A DNA stretch of 64,000 bases from Botryllus schlosseri. Taxonomy: Eukaryota. How positions within the stretch are numbered: position 1 is the first letter of the stretch; the number at the start of each line of letters is the position of its first letter. The notes beneath the pieces were generated by a model, which worked only from the letters and a program-made list of their open reading frames with translations, had not been told where the DNA came from and searched no databases. The position numbers and the translations under genes are program-made. This document shows positions 25,214-37,307 of the stretch, in pieces. Location: positions 5,706,001-5,770,000 of the forward strand of contig CM119373.1 in NCBI GenBank assembly GCA_051294905.1, in the 5' to 3' direction.

Positions 25214-26711
25214 CCCTAGATGCAATCAAAGTACATTACGTTATATAATATATATATCCATGACTTATCCTATCCATGATAATATTATATAGATAGGACC
25301 GGCCCATTTTCTAATTTTGTGTGTATGAATTGGCAACGATTATGTGATGTGGGTAATTCTAGGCTTTCCTATTCTTCAGCCCGCGCTATTTTTCCACATT
25401 TCGGGAGCCAAATGCCAAAACCGCTAAAAATGAAAAAAAATGATAAAATAGGGCATTTGAAAATATGGATATTTATGAAAGATTTTAAGAAAAATGTTAA
25501 TAAGAATTTGCAGGAATTTGTATAAAGCGACAAAACACGTGTGTGAAGTAGAATTCTATCAAAGGGGTCCACGGAAGGTAAATGAAAAGGCCAAGAAGTC
25601 TAGTGAATAAATCTGGATTGACGACCAATCTGTGGATTGAGCAATCCAACAATTAGGAAATAGATGATATCCAGCGATTAGGAAGTAGATAATAGCTGCA
25701 CGCCAAAGTAGTAATCAGGATGTTTGGAATCGGTGCTAGCTGGCGCAGATTTTAAGCCGCGATTATTAAGTATTTTGCTGTGGTCAATGCTCATGCATTT
25801 TATTACATCATGTAGCCGCCAGGCGCGGCCCTGACTGCATTTACCTCAATGTGCATTTTGCTGAATTCCATTCCCATTTAACTGGCAATTGAAAACTGTG
25901 TGCATGTTCATTGTTAAATAACTTATTGATGGTGCCTGGTTTTGCAGTAGGGACATAGTTTTATCAATGAACAGACATGGTGCAAAAGGCCTCCAAATCT
26001 ATACGTACCATACACACATATATACGTTCAATCCTTTCCTAGTTTTTCCTTGCCGGGTGGATAATTTTTCATATTATAAATATTGATTATTATTAATGTT
26101 ATTAAAGTTACACATGATTTGTTACAATTGGTTGGGTAATGAAGGCTGCGATCCAAATGTGTCAGAAACCCTTTTGAATCGTTAGCATTGGTAGCTTAGC
26201 AAAATTGTCCCATGCTCAACCGTCGCTTTTCATTGCGCCGCATGCACAAACATAGGACAACGGGCTTGAGGTGAGGTGGTATTGCATGACTTTATTGTAT
26301 ACACAGAAAATATGTTACACGCGACGAATCTCGTGTATTGTCTTCGATTTCGTGCCCCATGACGTCACGACTCTTTCATTGTAACGCAACAGTTAACGGA
26401 TATCCTCGTATGGCTCTTTTGATGAAGGTTCCCTACCCCTGACATAATAGAAGTCGAGATTCATGGAGATCCGCTACGCCAATTATAATATAACTGGGCT
26501 TTCACAAACATTTCGTAAGCTATAGAAAGTTAGGCTTCGTAGCTGAAACAAATGCTGATCACATACCATTTTGAGTCCCTTCTTCTCCCGTTAACAGCAG
26601 AACAAAATTACTCAACACAACTTCAGGCCGTATTACATATATAAATAAAAGTCCTAAGTTGTCATAAATAGGACTTAACGTTTTTACCGTAAATTCAACA
26701 TGTGCTGCGAT

Positions 26712-27361
26712 TCATTTGATCGATGTGGGACATGTGATATTCCAAAGAGCTGACACACTTCCTTTGATCAACGAATTTCGCGCAATAAAATTAATAATAG
26801 AATCGCTCTCGTAACTGCACCCGCCTGATTTAAATAAATCATCAGTTTCTTGTTCATTAAGTGCTTTGTTCCAAAGTTGAAAATCTTTCATTTCGCCGAC
26901 GAATACATGATCGCCAATAATAGCAGATCCACTTATTTTAGGTTCTTGCAAATTCCCTAAAATCAATGTTCCATCGCCTGCAATAGGTTTGGTGATCTGC
27001 CTCGTCCCTGTAGAGCTTAACGAGCCGTTGATGAAGTACTGCAATGCTTCTCCTGACATAACAATGCATACATAGGTCCATTGTCGAATTCTGAGTGGAG
27101 TGGACGAATACATTGAAGATGTTGTTTCTTCTGTGATGAGAACATGTATTTGGTACTGACGGAGATCTATTTGAAGAGTTTCGCAATCATTTGATTCTCG
27201 TGTACAGTAGCTGACAACGGCTCGTATTTCTGAATTGTCCATTTCTTCTGGTCGCAACCAGACGCATACCGTGAAATTCTGCAATTCCGGAACGTTACCA
27301 CTGTATTGAACGTAATCAGTGTGTTGCGTACTTGGGAAATTGAAATGCGTTGATTTACATA
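26712..27361 (-). CDS. Pentraxin (PTX / LamG-like concanavalin fold) domain, terminal exon of gene A
   Basis: Pentraxin-type motifs: FNFP, LQNFTVCVWLR, VVSY, WTYVCIV (the HxCxxW-equivalent position is diverged), YFING, GTLILG, FVGEMKDFQLWNKAL. TTGCATTTCAG acceptor at 27362-27364; 650 nt = 2 + 216 codons, ending in TGA. Confidence 0.9.
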
Positions 27362-30300
27362 CTGAAATGCAAGAGAGGAAATTACTCATAGATGATTTGA
27401 AAATCATGGGAATGGGTACTGCTTTATTACAGTTTGCGACCACGTGGGTCAGGAGTGCTCATCCTAGTATGCTATTTTGCTGTGTGCTGGCCTAAGGGAC
27501 AGTTAGTAAATTCGCACGGTATAATCAGTTCCTCCAAATAACTCCCGACACGGAAAACATTTTAAACTGATATCATTTACTTTGCTACTCAATCATCAAG
27601 TCTTTCGGCGGTAGTATAACCAAGCATTGGGAATTTTAATGGCAATGTTAGTAATTTATATAATGAAATTGTCACTTCCGAGAAGGTTCATATCTCTCGG
27701 ATGAACATGACCACATTGTACCTTTCAAATCTGCATAATACAGATGTAGAGCAATATTTATTCTTCAGCCACCAAGTCTATTAACGGAATTAAGATCCAT
27801 CGAATCCGCTAACATCGTTCTGATTTACGTAACTCTTTGGTGATGTCGTGGCTATACATAATGTTCTGTAATTTACTGAGTAATCCAGCGCTGGTATTGA
27901 CTATGGAAAACAACAATCCTGTCGAAAATGGGTTTTACGCATTTTTACAATTTATCAGGCCAGCCCGCCAGACGATTTCATCCCGCCAGCGAGACAATTC
28001 TCAGTAGATTAAAAAATGAGGGATTATTTGAAGAAAGAATTTTTTCTAAAAATCTAAGCATTTGTTAGACACTTGCTGAATACTATAAGCATTTTTGAAT
28101 CTACTCAGCATATTTCTAACAAATGCTTAGATTTTTAGTAAAAAATACTTCGAATAAATCCTCAAGACAGTTTATCAAGTTTGTTCATTGTTCATAGGCC
28201 ACATTACAACCCTCTACAGCGCTATTAGGAACAAGTCGATGACATTGACACCCAATTCTGAGAAGGCATAAACGTGCACCCATTGAGTTAAAATTGTTAT
28301 TGACAAATGGACTGAAAACTAGATAACCATAGACGCGAAAACGCCAATGCGAAACCGGTATATGCAGGATACATAGGGAATATAATATGTCCTTAGAAGT
28401 ACAAATCAAATATATGCGGTCGCACTGCTGTATCATTTCTGACTCAAAAGGTCCCCGGCCTCCAGAGAATCCCGAATCTTGATTTAATAGTATATAACGG
28501 TACTCAAATAGCCAGTCACCGTATATCTTTAGCCAATTCGGCTGTTAGCAAATAAAGCTGTTGCTAGAAATAAACCTCTATGGTTCTTAATACAATGCAA
28601 TATGCTAATATAGGTTTGATTATAATGTATTCAATGAAAAACGAGGACATCGATTTCGAGATAACATTTTGGACCGGTCCGCGAGTGATCTGAAGGTTTG
28701 AAACCAGCCCGCGACGAAAGTTGTTAGGTGGTTTCTGGCTTGGAAGTCATTTCTGACGTCGCAAGCTAATTTTCGTTTCGTTTCGTTTAGTTTACGACAC
28801 CATGATGCAGCAAATGTTATCATATTGATCACCTAGTGAATTCGATCTTAGAAAGCGAACTTCTGAATTGCTCGCATATCGAACAAGGACGCGAATCCCC
28901 ATCTCTATCGTATGAGGCCTACAAATCATGATTAGACTTACCATCGGATGTCGAGGTCGTCAATTCCGTTGAATGAATTGAGCTGGAATCGCTACTGTAG
29001 ACCGTCGATAACTCTGGAATGTCAATTTCCGTCATGGGGCAACTGTGAGTCCTTAGGATATCGATACATTAAATCAATCTCCAATAAATCAAATCAATGT
29101 GAAGTATAGTCATTAGGGCTGTTCAAAAAACCTTTTTACCAAATCTCACTCGCCTAGTGACTAAATCGTCAGGTTGTCCAAGAAAACGATGCACACCAAA
29201 TTTGAGTCAATTCCAACCAGTCAAGGCCGTGCAATCTTGAATTGAAATTTTTAATTTATTAATAATAATTAAAAAAAATTCTCAAATTTTTCTGTCAACC
29301 CCATGAAATTGTTGAGCTGTCTTAAAAGACGATGCAAAACAAATTTGAGTCAATTCCGACTTGTAGAAGCGGAGTTATTCACGTTTTTCGTTGATAATTG
29401 TCGGATTATCCTTGATCCGGGGATTATCAACGAAAAACTCAAATAGTTCCGCTTCTACTAGTCGGAATTGACTCAAATATGTTTTGCATCGTCTTTGAAG
29501 ACAGCTCAACAATTCCATGGGGTTGACAGGAAAATTTGAGAATTTTTTTTTTTAATTTTTATTATTAAATTAAAAATTTCAATTCAAGATTGCACAGCCT
29601 TTACTGGTTGGAATTGAGTCAAATTTGATGTGCATTGTTTTCTTGGACAACCTGACGATTTTGTCATCAGCCGAGTGAGATTTGGAAAAAAAATTTTTTT
29701 TGAACAACCCTAATAGTCATGAATGAAACAAGGTTACTGATTTTGCCGCGATCTTCGGAATAACGAAAATAGCTTTTTTAAGATACGAACATAATCTCGT
29801 TTTCGACTATTTGCGGACTTTTCCGGAAGCCCTTATTAGGGTGGTCCTTATAAAACGAATTTTGGAAAGTTGTTGCTCTGAGCCTGCCAAAATGTTCCTT
29901 TGGGATAAAAAACACCCTTTGTGAAATATTATTGATATTCATTAATGTTTAGAGGAGGCTCAATGGATCCGAAATTCTACCCATTTGCAATATAAAGCAC
30001 GTGTAGTCACTTCTATAGCTGCTCTCTGATCGACGTCTTAAGCCTAGATTCCGTTGCGTAGGTATTAGTTGCTCAAAGACTGGGGTGACATGATGACCAA
30101 TAGCAATTGCCGTTACCAAGTAAGGTCAGCTTCAGGGTATTAGGGAGCTTTTTAGCGTTGTTGATCAGAAACTAGATGTCGACGGACAGTGATTATTGCA
30201 GGCCGATACCGACACCGATCATTGAAACACTTAAACGGGCCGAACAAACAAGCAAACTGAAATCAGATAGAATTCCTGCTGAATTGTGAAAAATCGTTGA

Positions 30301-33300
30301 AATTTAGGCTGTTCAAAATGCAAAACGTGGTAAAGAATTGCAAATCAGTCAAGTAGGGGTAGATTACAATGCGGGAACCACATATTTTCTCTGCATGCTC
30401 ACCAACTGAACTTGTCATCCTGCAAGTGTAAATCTGTGCAATTTCACTGAGGGCAGATGAGGCTGACGGGGTTAAATACTTCCTTTCTACTTTGGCTATC
30501 ATATTGTATTTTGAACTATTGCTCTTCCACAGTGCAAGTGCGTCATCTTTTTTGCCTATTTATTAACGGTTCTGTGAGGTATATGTGTATTCCGTCATCA
30601 ATATCCCTATTGCCCTGCGTGATGTCAGGGATGTCACTGTGTGGTGTGAATCGTAAGCACGACCAGTTCATTGGATCAGACGTTGACTGATTGGCTACTG
30701 CGAAAAAAAAACGAATGAGAAGTGCCGATGTCACGTATCGTCCTTTGCGTCATCGATTTCTTGAGATTGAGAACACGGAGCATTGAATTTCAATTTTGTT
30801 TTGAAATTTTCCTGATTTAAGATATCGCCCACGATACTAGCCTTCGTAGGCCGATATCGATGATCGGAAAAGTTCCATAGTTTGAACTCGATAATCGGCC
30901 AGATTGATAATAATAGTTCGACTTTTAGTATTTACCTGACTGCGCTGCTTCAGCATTTTCGTGTTCCACACGTTTTTTCAAGTCATTCATGATACTTTCA
31001 AGAGATGATTCGTCCTTGAAAAGATAGACCACATTGTTCCAGATCACCTTATCCACGAAAAGGGGTGCATGTTGCCTTCGCGTCTCGAATATTCGACTAG
31101 GACATTGTCCTATCGTATGAGTTCAATGGATCTTCATTTCAATACCATTAGAAATTATTTGAACCTTATTGAAGCCTATCAGTACGCTTGGAACGTAAAA
31201 ACCGTACGACACAAGATTGGAGCACATCGGTGTGATGGTCACATGGAAGATTAAACTAGTCGAACGGATAATATTGGAGTGTTTTTATCATGTTGCAAAG
31301 ATATTTCAACAATTTCTAGGTGAGGTAAGTCACTGAATCCGACGATAGCATCCGCTTTTCCGAATTGGCCATATCTTTAGAAAATTTTATCGGTAAGCCT
31401 ATTCAGAACAAAGACCATGCACTAGGCCATCATACGACAAAATAAATAGAAGTAATATTGACAAAATTGAGACCGGAAGTTTTTCATTGTAGCCCACTGA
31501 TATAATCGATGACTCTATTTTCGTAAGTTGGAACGGGAAGATCAGCTATAATTGCTACAGTCGAATAATTTCAAAAAGGACACGAATGTACACTGTACAG
31601 GTTCATTATACGCATATGATTCCTTGAATAATAAGGATCAGAGCAGTGTTTCTTAACCCGTACCCCATTTAGCTGTCCTTAAACAATATATAGAGTTATA
31701 TGTGTGTTGATAAGTTACTCGATGAATGCGAAACATTGAAAAAGTCATGTAATTGCAACAATATCTATAACATATGAACAATGAGTTCGTCAGTCAATTT
31801 ACTATGACTTTGAGCTGCTTCTTGTCCCTTATCATGATCGTGTTGATATGAGGTTTGGCGATCGATGTCTAGTAGCTTCCGCATCCATCAATACGCTGCA
31901 CTATGATATCATAGTTAGAGGTTGTCAATACTTTCATGCAGGTCCGTAACTATCGCACCCCAAACCCCCAATGGGGGCCCGAGATCGAAGTAGGCCCAAA
32001 ATTATTTCATGAATAAACATAGAGTAATATTTTGGAAATTTATGCAACATTAAGAAAAAATTCGCGCCGCGCGCGAATTAATATTGCCAAATATATTTAT
32101 TATTGGGTACCCTTCCCCAACAAGAATACGCATAATTTATAGAAATGGGCACTTCGTCGTCGGCCATTACTGCACCATGACGGATCAGCACATAATGCAG
32201 TTATAGGCCATGTAACATGCGACTCGGATAAGTGTGCCCGAACGATCAGCAGCGAGAAGACCTTAGCCGAACAGGAAGGCTCTTGTGCTGACATATATGT
32301 TTGATTGCCCAATGTCCATAGGCGCCTAAATGACTGACGCCAATTGTTCCCGTCCTGGCGATCTGAACCCCACAGGACAAATGCCATCCCGCAGGGAATG
32401 ATTATTTGCAAGTAAAGAAATACCATTGTGAAATAGTGTGCGTCCTTCATTTCAGTACGCTTTGGCGATTTCAATATCTTTTGACATAGCAGATATAGTA
32501 GGGTTACCGCGCGTCCTCTTTCAAGGGGATTCGTCCTCTGTTTTTACTTTTTTGAAAATATCCTCGGGGGACGCCCAAACAGTGGCGTAGCAGCCACTTG
32601 GCGGTTCTGGCTCTGCGCCAGGGGCGGCAGGCTCCAAGGGGGCGGCAAAATGAGGCAGCACAGTGAGAGAGAGCTATGGTATTCTTTTTCGCCTACACCA
32701 CGGAGATGCTTTGACGACGGTGATGCGATACGGAATTTATAGTAAGGTCATCTAGTCTGCACCCCCCTTTTTATCTCCTCAGTGATGTCTGAGCGCCTAG
32801 CGGAATAACCGCGGATACCAGTTTTCGAGTCTTTGGTCTGACCCGGCCAGGGATCGAACCCACGACCTACCCATCAAGAAGCCGGACGCATCACCATTAC
32901 ACTATCTCGTCCGGCACAGTGTACACAGCCGGATAAGAAAAGCGTAATTGGTAGTCATATAGCTGGCGTCCCGTGAGCTAAAATTTAATCAAACAGGTCT
33001 CAATCGAAAGCTAGTGTCGCGCTGATTCCTGAAACACGAATTAATATGATAACATAGCGATGGAACCACTCCGAAATAGCCGTCAAGGCCGATTGTTCGG
33101 AGAGTTCGCAGAAAATGGAGAATGCCTGGCAAACAATCAGAAGATCCTGGCCTCAGTGTTGTTGAAGAAGTTAGACGATGCATGTTTCAAGCTTTGGACA
33201 GATTTAAACTTGCAGCTGAAACTAGGTTTACCGACATGCTCCACTTAAATGATATGTTTTGATTTTTGAATTCCCACGCGCTACAGCAAAGTGAAAGTCA

Positions 33301-36300
33301 CAATTTATTCACCTGCGATTTTATAGAAGCACTTATGACGTCGAGATGGACTTTTTAGAGTTGGCTGCGAAAATTGTCATGCCTTATATACCTTCGAATT
33401 AGGGACCATATAAATCAGAAGATTGCTAGCTTTTCGTACAAACCAATATGAGGCCTCTAGGACGAACACAAATTAAGATATGATCATGCAAAGTTGTTCA
33501 ACTTGAGATTTTAAAAGGGTTAAGAGACTGATGCCGAGCAGTGAAACCACGTTTGATCGTATAGTGCAACAGCGTTTGATGTTTTACAGTGGTTAGTTAA
33601 TGCAAAGCTACTTGACTCGACACCATATTTATGCTCGTGTCTGAAAATTTATCTTACCATTGGTGTTTCAATTACGAGCTGTTTGAGGAGCTTCTCAAAG
33701 CTCAAACTGCTTAAGTCTTATTTACGTTCTACCATGAATGATGATCGGCTATCAGCTCTATCCATTCTGTCTATAGAAAAAGACCACGTTCAAAAACTTG
33801 AATTTGAGGATATTATCGCTGATTTTGCGCGGCTATTGATTTTCTATTTGCACAATACATTCGTTCGCTATTTCTTGTCTTTATTATTCTTGGCCTTATT
33901 AACGTTGAGACGGTGAGGCTGAGACGCGGCATATTGTTTGTAATTATTTTTATTGATAAGATTGCTTGAACATGAATCTATGTCGAAATTTGCTGCGGTC
34001 TACTTATGGGGGGCGGCATTTTCAGCGAGAGCCAGGGGCGGCAGCACATGCTGCTACGCCAGTGCGCCCGAATGTCCTCTTTTTTGAGAATTTTGGTTCA
34101 AAATTGGCAAAACTCGTCCGTGATATACTAAATCAGCACTGAAGTAACGCTCCGGCGGCTAAATGTGGAGCTGAGCCGGTCAGCGGACCTTTTTTTAGTC
34201 AACGAACCGATAATGTGAAAGTATAACTGTAATTCGGGCGGAGTTCACGAAATAGCATCATGTAACAAAATCATAATGCCAACGCATCCGCTAGATGATG
34301 TTTAATTAATATTTAGGGGTCCTACCTTTTCCAACACACCTCACTCAGCTCTTGCGGTAAATCTGATAACGTGAGCAGAGAGAGGATAAAAATTGATGCT
34401 AGTATATATGCAATTCCAGATCATATTGACGGATTCAATCATGAACTATACAAATTTTTCACGCTTCGAGCTTATAGGTGGAGTAAGGTGACTCACTAAG
34501 CAGTACATGACATGTAGCTGCCAAGTAGCGTCCAAAAACGTGTAAGCTGCGGGGCGTCAGGTGGACAAAGCCCCCCTACCCCCAACCCCACTCCCAAAGT
34601 TCGGTTTATCCCCCACGGGGGGCTCAAGACCAAAGTTTTTAGTGGGGAGCCTGACGAAGTGTTGTTACGGTTTCATGCCTTCTGCTTTCACGAGTACCCA
34701 ACTACTACTCGCTCAGGCAATGTGTTTGAGCCACTTCTACGTCCGCTTAACCGTTTTTAAGCTGAGATAGCCGCGTTTCACCTTTAGGATTGTGCAAAGC
34801 GGAAACTAGTTTTGGAACATGCTTCCATTACTTGCATGAGTGAAATTGTCAAAGCATCTCGATGAAAGAGCCCGTGTATAGCAGTAGCAGGATGTATTTT
34901 CGGTAATTACACCTATTGATTGTGTCTATGCATGGTCATTTTGCGTCAGTCACGAAGATCCACCCTTCGGTTTGGTGTGTGGTGTGCCGTTTTGACGGAG
35001 CAGAAGTGCCGCGAGATAAGGTCATTGTTTTTTTTAAGAGTCTTCGAACTATGTCAAATCACTATTTTGCACCAGATTCCAGTAGCCTTTTTAGTCATGA
35101 CCCTCCGAAATATCGCATTCAGGGTAATCATAGTGTTAGGATCGTAACTTTCGCACCTAAACCCCGCAGGTAGTGGGGGCGAACATTATTTTGTAAATCA
35201 ACATAAATTTGCATTGCAAGAGAATGGCATATTCCTCACATTCGCATCATCTCGCTGAGATCGTTTGGAATTGGGGTGTGCATTCTGAAGCAACCCTCCC
35301 AGTGCAGGACTATAATGCATTGGCATTTCAGCGTATGAGTAGGCTGGTTTTGAGCGTGTGGCTTGAAAATGGCTTAAGGTGTACAATCACGGGCCCTAAA
35401 TAATTGAAGTCATCGGTTTCACCGGTAAATATGGTCACGTGAGCTGACAAAAGGGATACAAAATTAATATTATTGCATACACGTCTAAATTTTATTGACC
35501 AAATCGTTCAATGACTTTTAAAAGTCGTCGTATTCACAGAGAGGCCGTGAGTCGAACACAAATAAATGTGTAATACGCCGATAGAAGGTGTTCGCTGAAT
35601 CGAATGTGTAAAGATTCGTGACGAACTGGGCACTGGCCTGTAAGATATATGGGGTATGGGGGTTAACGCTTAAAATGGTGTTGGGCATCTTATAGGCCAA
35701 TGGTCGGAAACCTATGGCTCGCAAGCCATACATGACTCTTTTGGGTATGGGATATGGCTCTTTGGCATATATTTTAATTTGTATTTACTCTTATCGATAT
35801 TGCAGCAATCTGTTGGTAAATTTTCTTAGCGGCCAGAATAATTTATTAATAAGTTTAAATTGTTGTAGCGCCAGCGACCAACATCCCTCGCGAATTCGAT
35901 GTACCCGGCATCGCGCGCTGCGTAGTCTTGGGTTGCACCATACGTTGGTTGAGCAGACACGCCGAGAAATGAACTGCCTTGGAAGTGACATTCCCATTCC
36001 AAATCCAAATTACAAACAACGCATCGCTATCCACGTCCAAATTGATTTGATAAGTTGCTTTCTAGTACTGCATGCCTTTAAAATGTACGCGTGCCGTGCA
36101 ACGTTTATGTTACCGTGGAATTGAGAAGTCGATCAGTATTTATGTTGGGAATCACTCCTATATTTATATTAGATTTATATCAGTTATTATAAATTTTGAG
36201 CTATTTACGATGAATTGCGCTACCACAGGATGATTAGTAGCATACGATTTCAAGGACTACTCCAAGCCGTTTCGACACCTTTCTATCTTTATATCGTATC

Positions 36301-37307
36301 GCAGTTTTGTGGTGTTTTAAAATTATGAAAATATTGATTCGAGTTTTTACAGAGAAAATACGGTGCCCACGACGAATCCCATGTAATGAGATCGAATTAG
36401 TACTACCACGACGTCACGAATTTTCAATTGTGACACAGCAATTGACTGATATGTATGTCTTTTTGGGAGTTCAAATGAAAAATATAGGGCTAACATGGCT
36501 CTTAAGCCGTAAAAGGTTATAGGCGTGCAGGACCACAATTTGGGGGCCTGACGGGTTTCGTTTCGGTCTTGCGCAGTGCCTTATTGCAGCGAACTGGTTG
36601 AGAACCACTGGATCAAAGTATGCTATCCATTGACAAATCTACGTTAAATCTTTCTTGAGTAATTGTCACATTTATGTTATCTTCTTCTATTTCAAGAAGT
36701 TTCGATATATATAGGTACTTCTACGCTATCTAGTCTACCTTAGTCGTCACACTGACAACATTGACCGTCTCTGATCATATAAGAGAGCGAGAGAGATATG
36801 ATATTCTTTTTCGCCTGCACCATCGACATGCTCTGACGACGGAGTTGCGATACGGCCCCATGAGGTCATCTAGTCTGCCCCCCGTTTTTTTCTCCTCCGT
36901 GCTATCAGTGATTGCTGAGCGCCTAGCAGGATAGCTGCGAATACCAATTTTCGAGTCTTTGGTATGACCCGGCCGGGGATCGAACCCACGACCTACCGCT
37001 CGAGAAGCCGGACGCATAACCATTACACAATCTCGCATCACCACATCTTTCAATACTAATACTAAATTTACTTGCTGCGTATTCATCATATATAGGTTAA
37101 GCCTAAATAGCGTATAATTTCACACTACATGTCATAACCCGTGGTTTAACGATTCGAACCCCAAGAGGTACATTTTTTGCCGGTTAAGGAAATCTTGATT
37201 AACCACTGACATGGGTATCTTATGAATCATGTACCATCTTTCATTCACCTCGCAATTTCCAGTAGAGATCCATCGTCCATTGACGTAGCTTCGACTGCAG
37301 GTTTGGC
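26712..37307 (-). CDS. Gene A (paralogue of gene B): Cys-motif exon, neck, one Ser/Thr exon, pentraxin/LamG-like domain; 5' end uncertain
   Basis: Exons 37307-37249, 31014-30936, 29013-28942 and 27361-26712 are all GT-AG and phase-compatible. Adding candidate exons 59143-59083 and 58505-58485 gives 942 nt (313 aa). Confidence 0.75.
28018..28163. repeat. Imperfect inverted repeat (~62-bp arms), probable MITE relic
   Basis: CTAAAAATCTAAGCATTTGTTAGA mirrored by TCTAACAAATGCTTAGATTTTTAG. Confidence 0.75.
28942..29013 (-). CDS. Gene A Ser/Thr-rich exon (LSTVYSSDSSSIHSTELTTSTSD)
   Basis: 72 nt, phase 1-1, TTCCAG acceptor and GTAAGT donor; homologous to the gene B stalk exons. Confidence 0.8.
29114..29712. 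mobile_element. Palindromic (foldback) hATm-type MITE, relative of 1774-2391
   Basis: ~295-bp mirrored arms; TAGGGCTGTTCA / TGAACAACCCTA termini; perfect TSD ATAGTCAT. Confidence 0.92.
30936..31014 (-). CDS. Gene A neck exon (DESSLESIMNDLKKRVEHENAEAAQS)
   Basis: 79 nt, phase 0 to 1; same length and SLES..L.K.VE pattern as 21655-21733. Confidence 0.8.
32666..32915 (-). mobile_element. tRNA-derived SINE
   Basis: A box (TAGTGTAATGG) and B box (GGTTCGATCCC), central ACCAAAGACTCGAAAA..GG..TA motif, (CT)n tail, ACAGTG direct repeat on the flanks; second copy at 36782-37040. Confidence 0.85.
33630..33830 (+). pseudogene. hAT C-terminal dimerisation domain fragment
   Basis: CLKIYLTIGVSITSC.RSFSKLKLLKSYLRSTMNDDRLSALSILSIEKD...FEDIIADFA. 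Confidence 0.85.
36782..37040 (-). mobile_element. tRNA-derived SINE (second copy)
   Basis: Collinear with 32666-32915; GGTTCGATCCCCGGCCGGGTCATACCAAAGACT. Confidence 0.85.
37249..37307 (-). CDS. Gene A Cys-motif exon (QTCSRSYVNGRWISTGNCE)
   Basis: 59 nt, CTTTCAG acceptor and GTGAAT donor; paralogous to 22008-22066. Confidence 0.85.

Larger units (their letters stand above)
32580..34064 (+). mobile_element. Deleted hAT (Tip100/ZMYM1-like) element
   Basis: TIR CAGTGGCGTAGCAGC / GCTGCTACGCCAGTG; TSD CGCCCAAA/CGCCCGAA; inserted into a TAGGGTTACC MITE that begins at 32498. Confidence 0.85.
31939..34675. mobile_element. Old non-autonomous element (CAGGxCCGTA-type ends) carrying nested insertions
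   Basis: The left part (31939-32490) matches 52845-53310 and 56667-57250; the right part (34315-34670) matches 57305-57580 and 57620-57957. Confidence 0.6.

Noticed and set aside
29837..30000. Another hATm element starting TAGGGTGGTCC
   Set aside because: No matching right end or TSD was found, so the boundaries cannot be defined.
32666..37040. tRNA genes at ~32845-32915 and ~36970-37040
   Set aside because: The tRNA-like heads continue into a shared ~180-bp body and tail, so these are SINEs.
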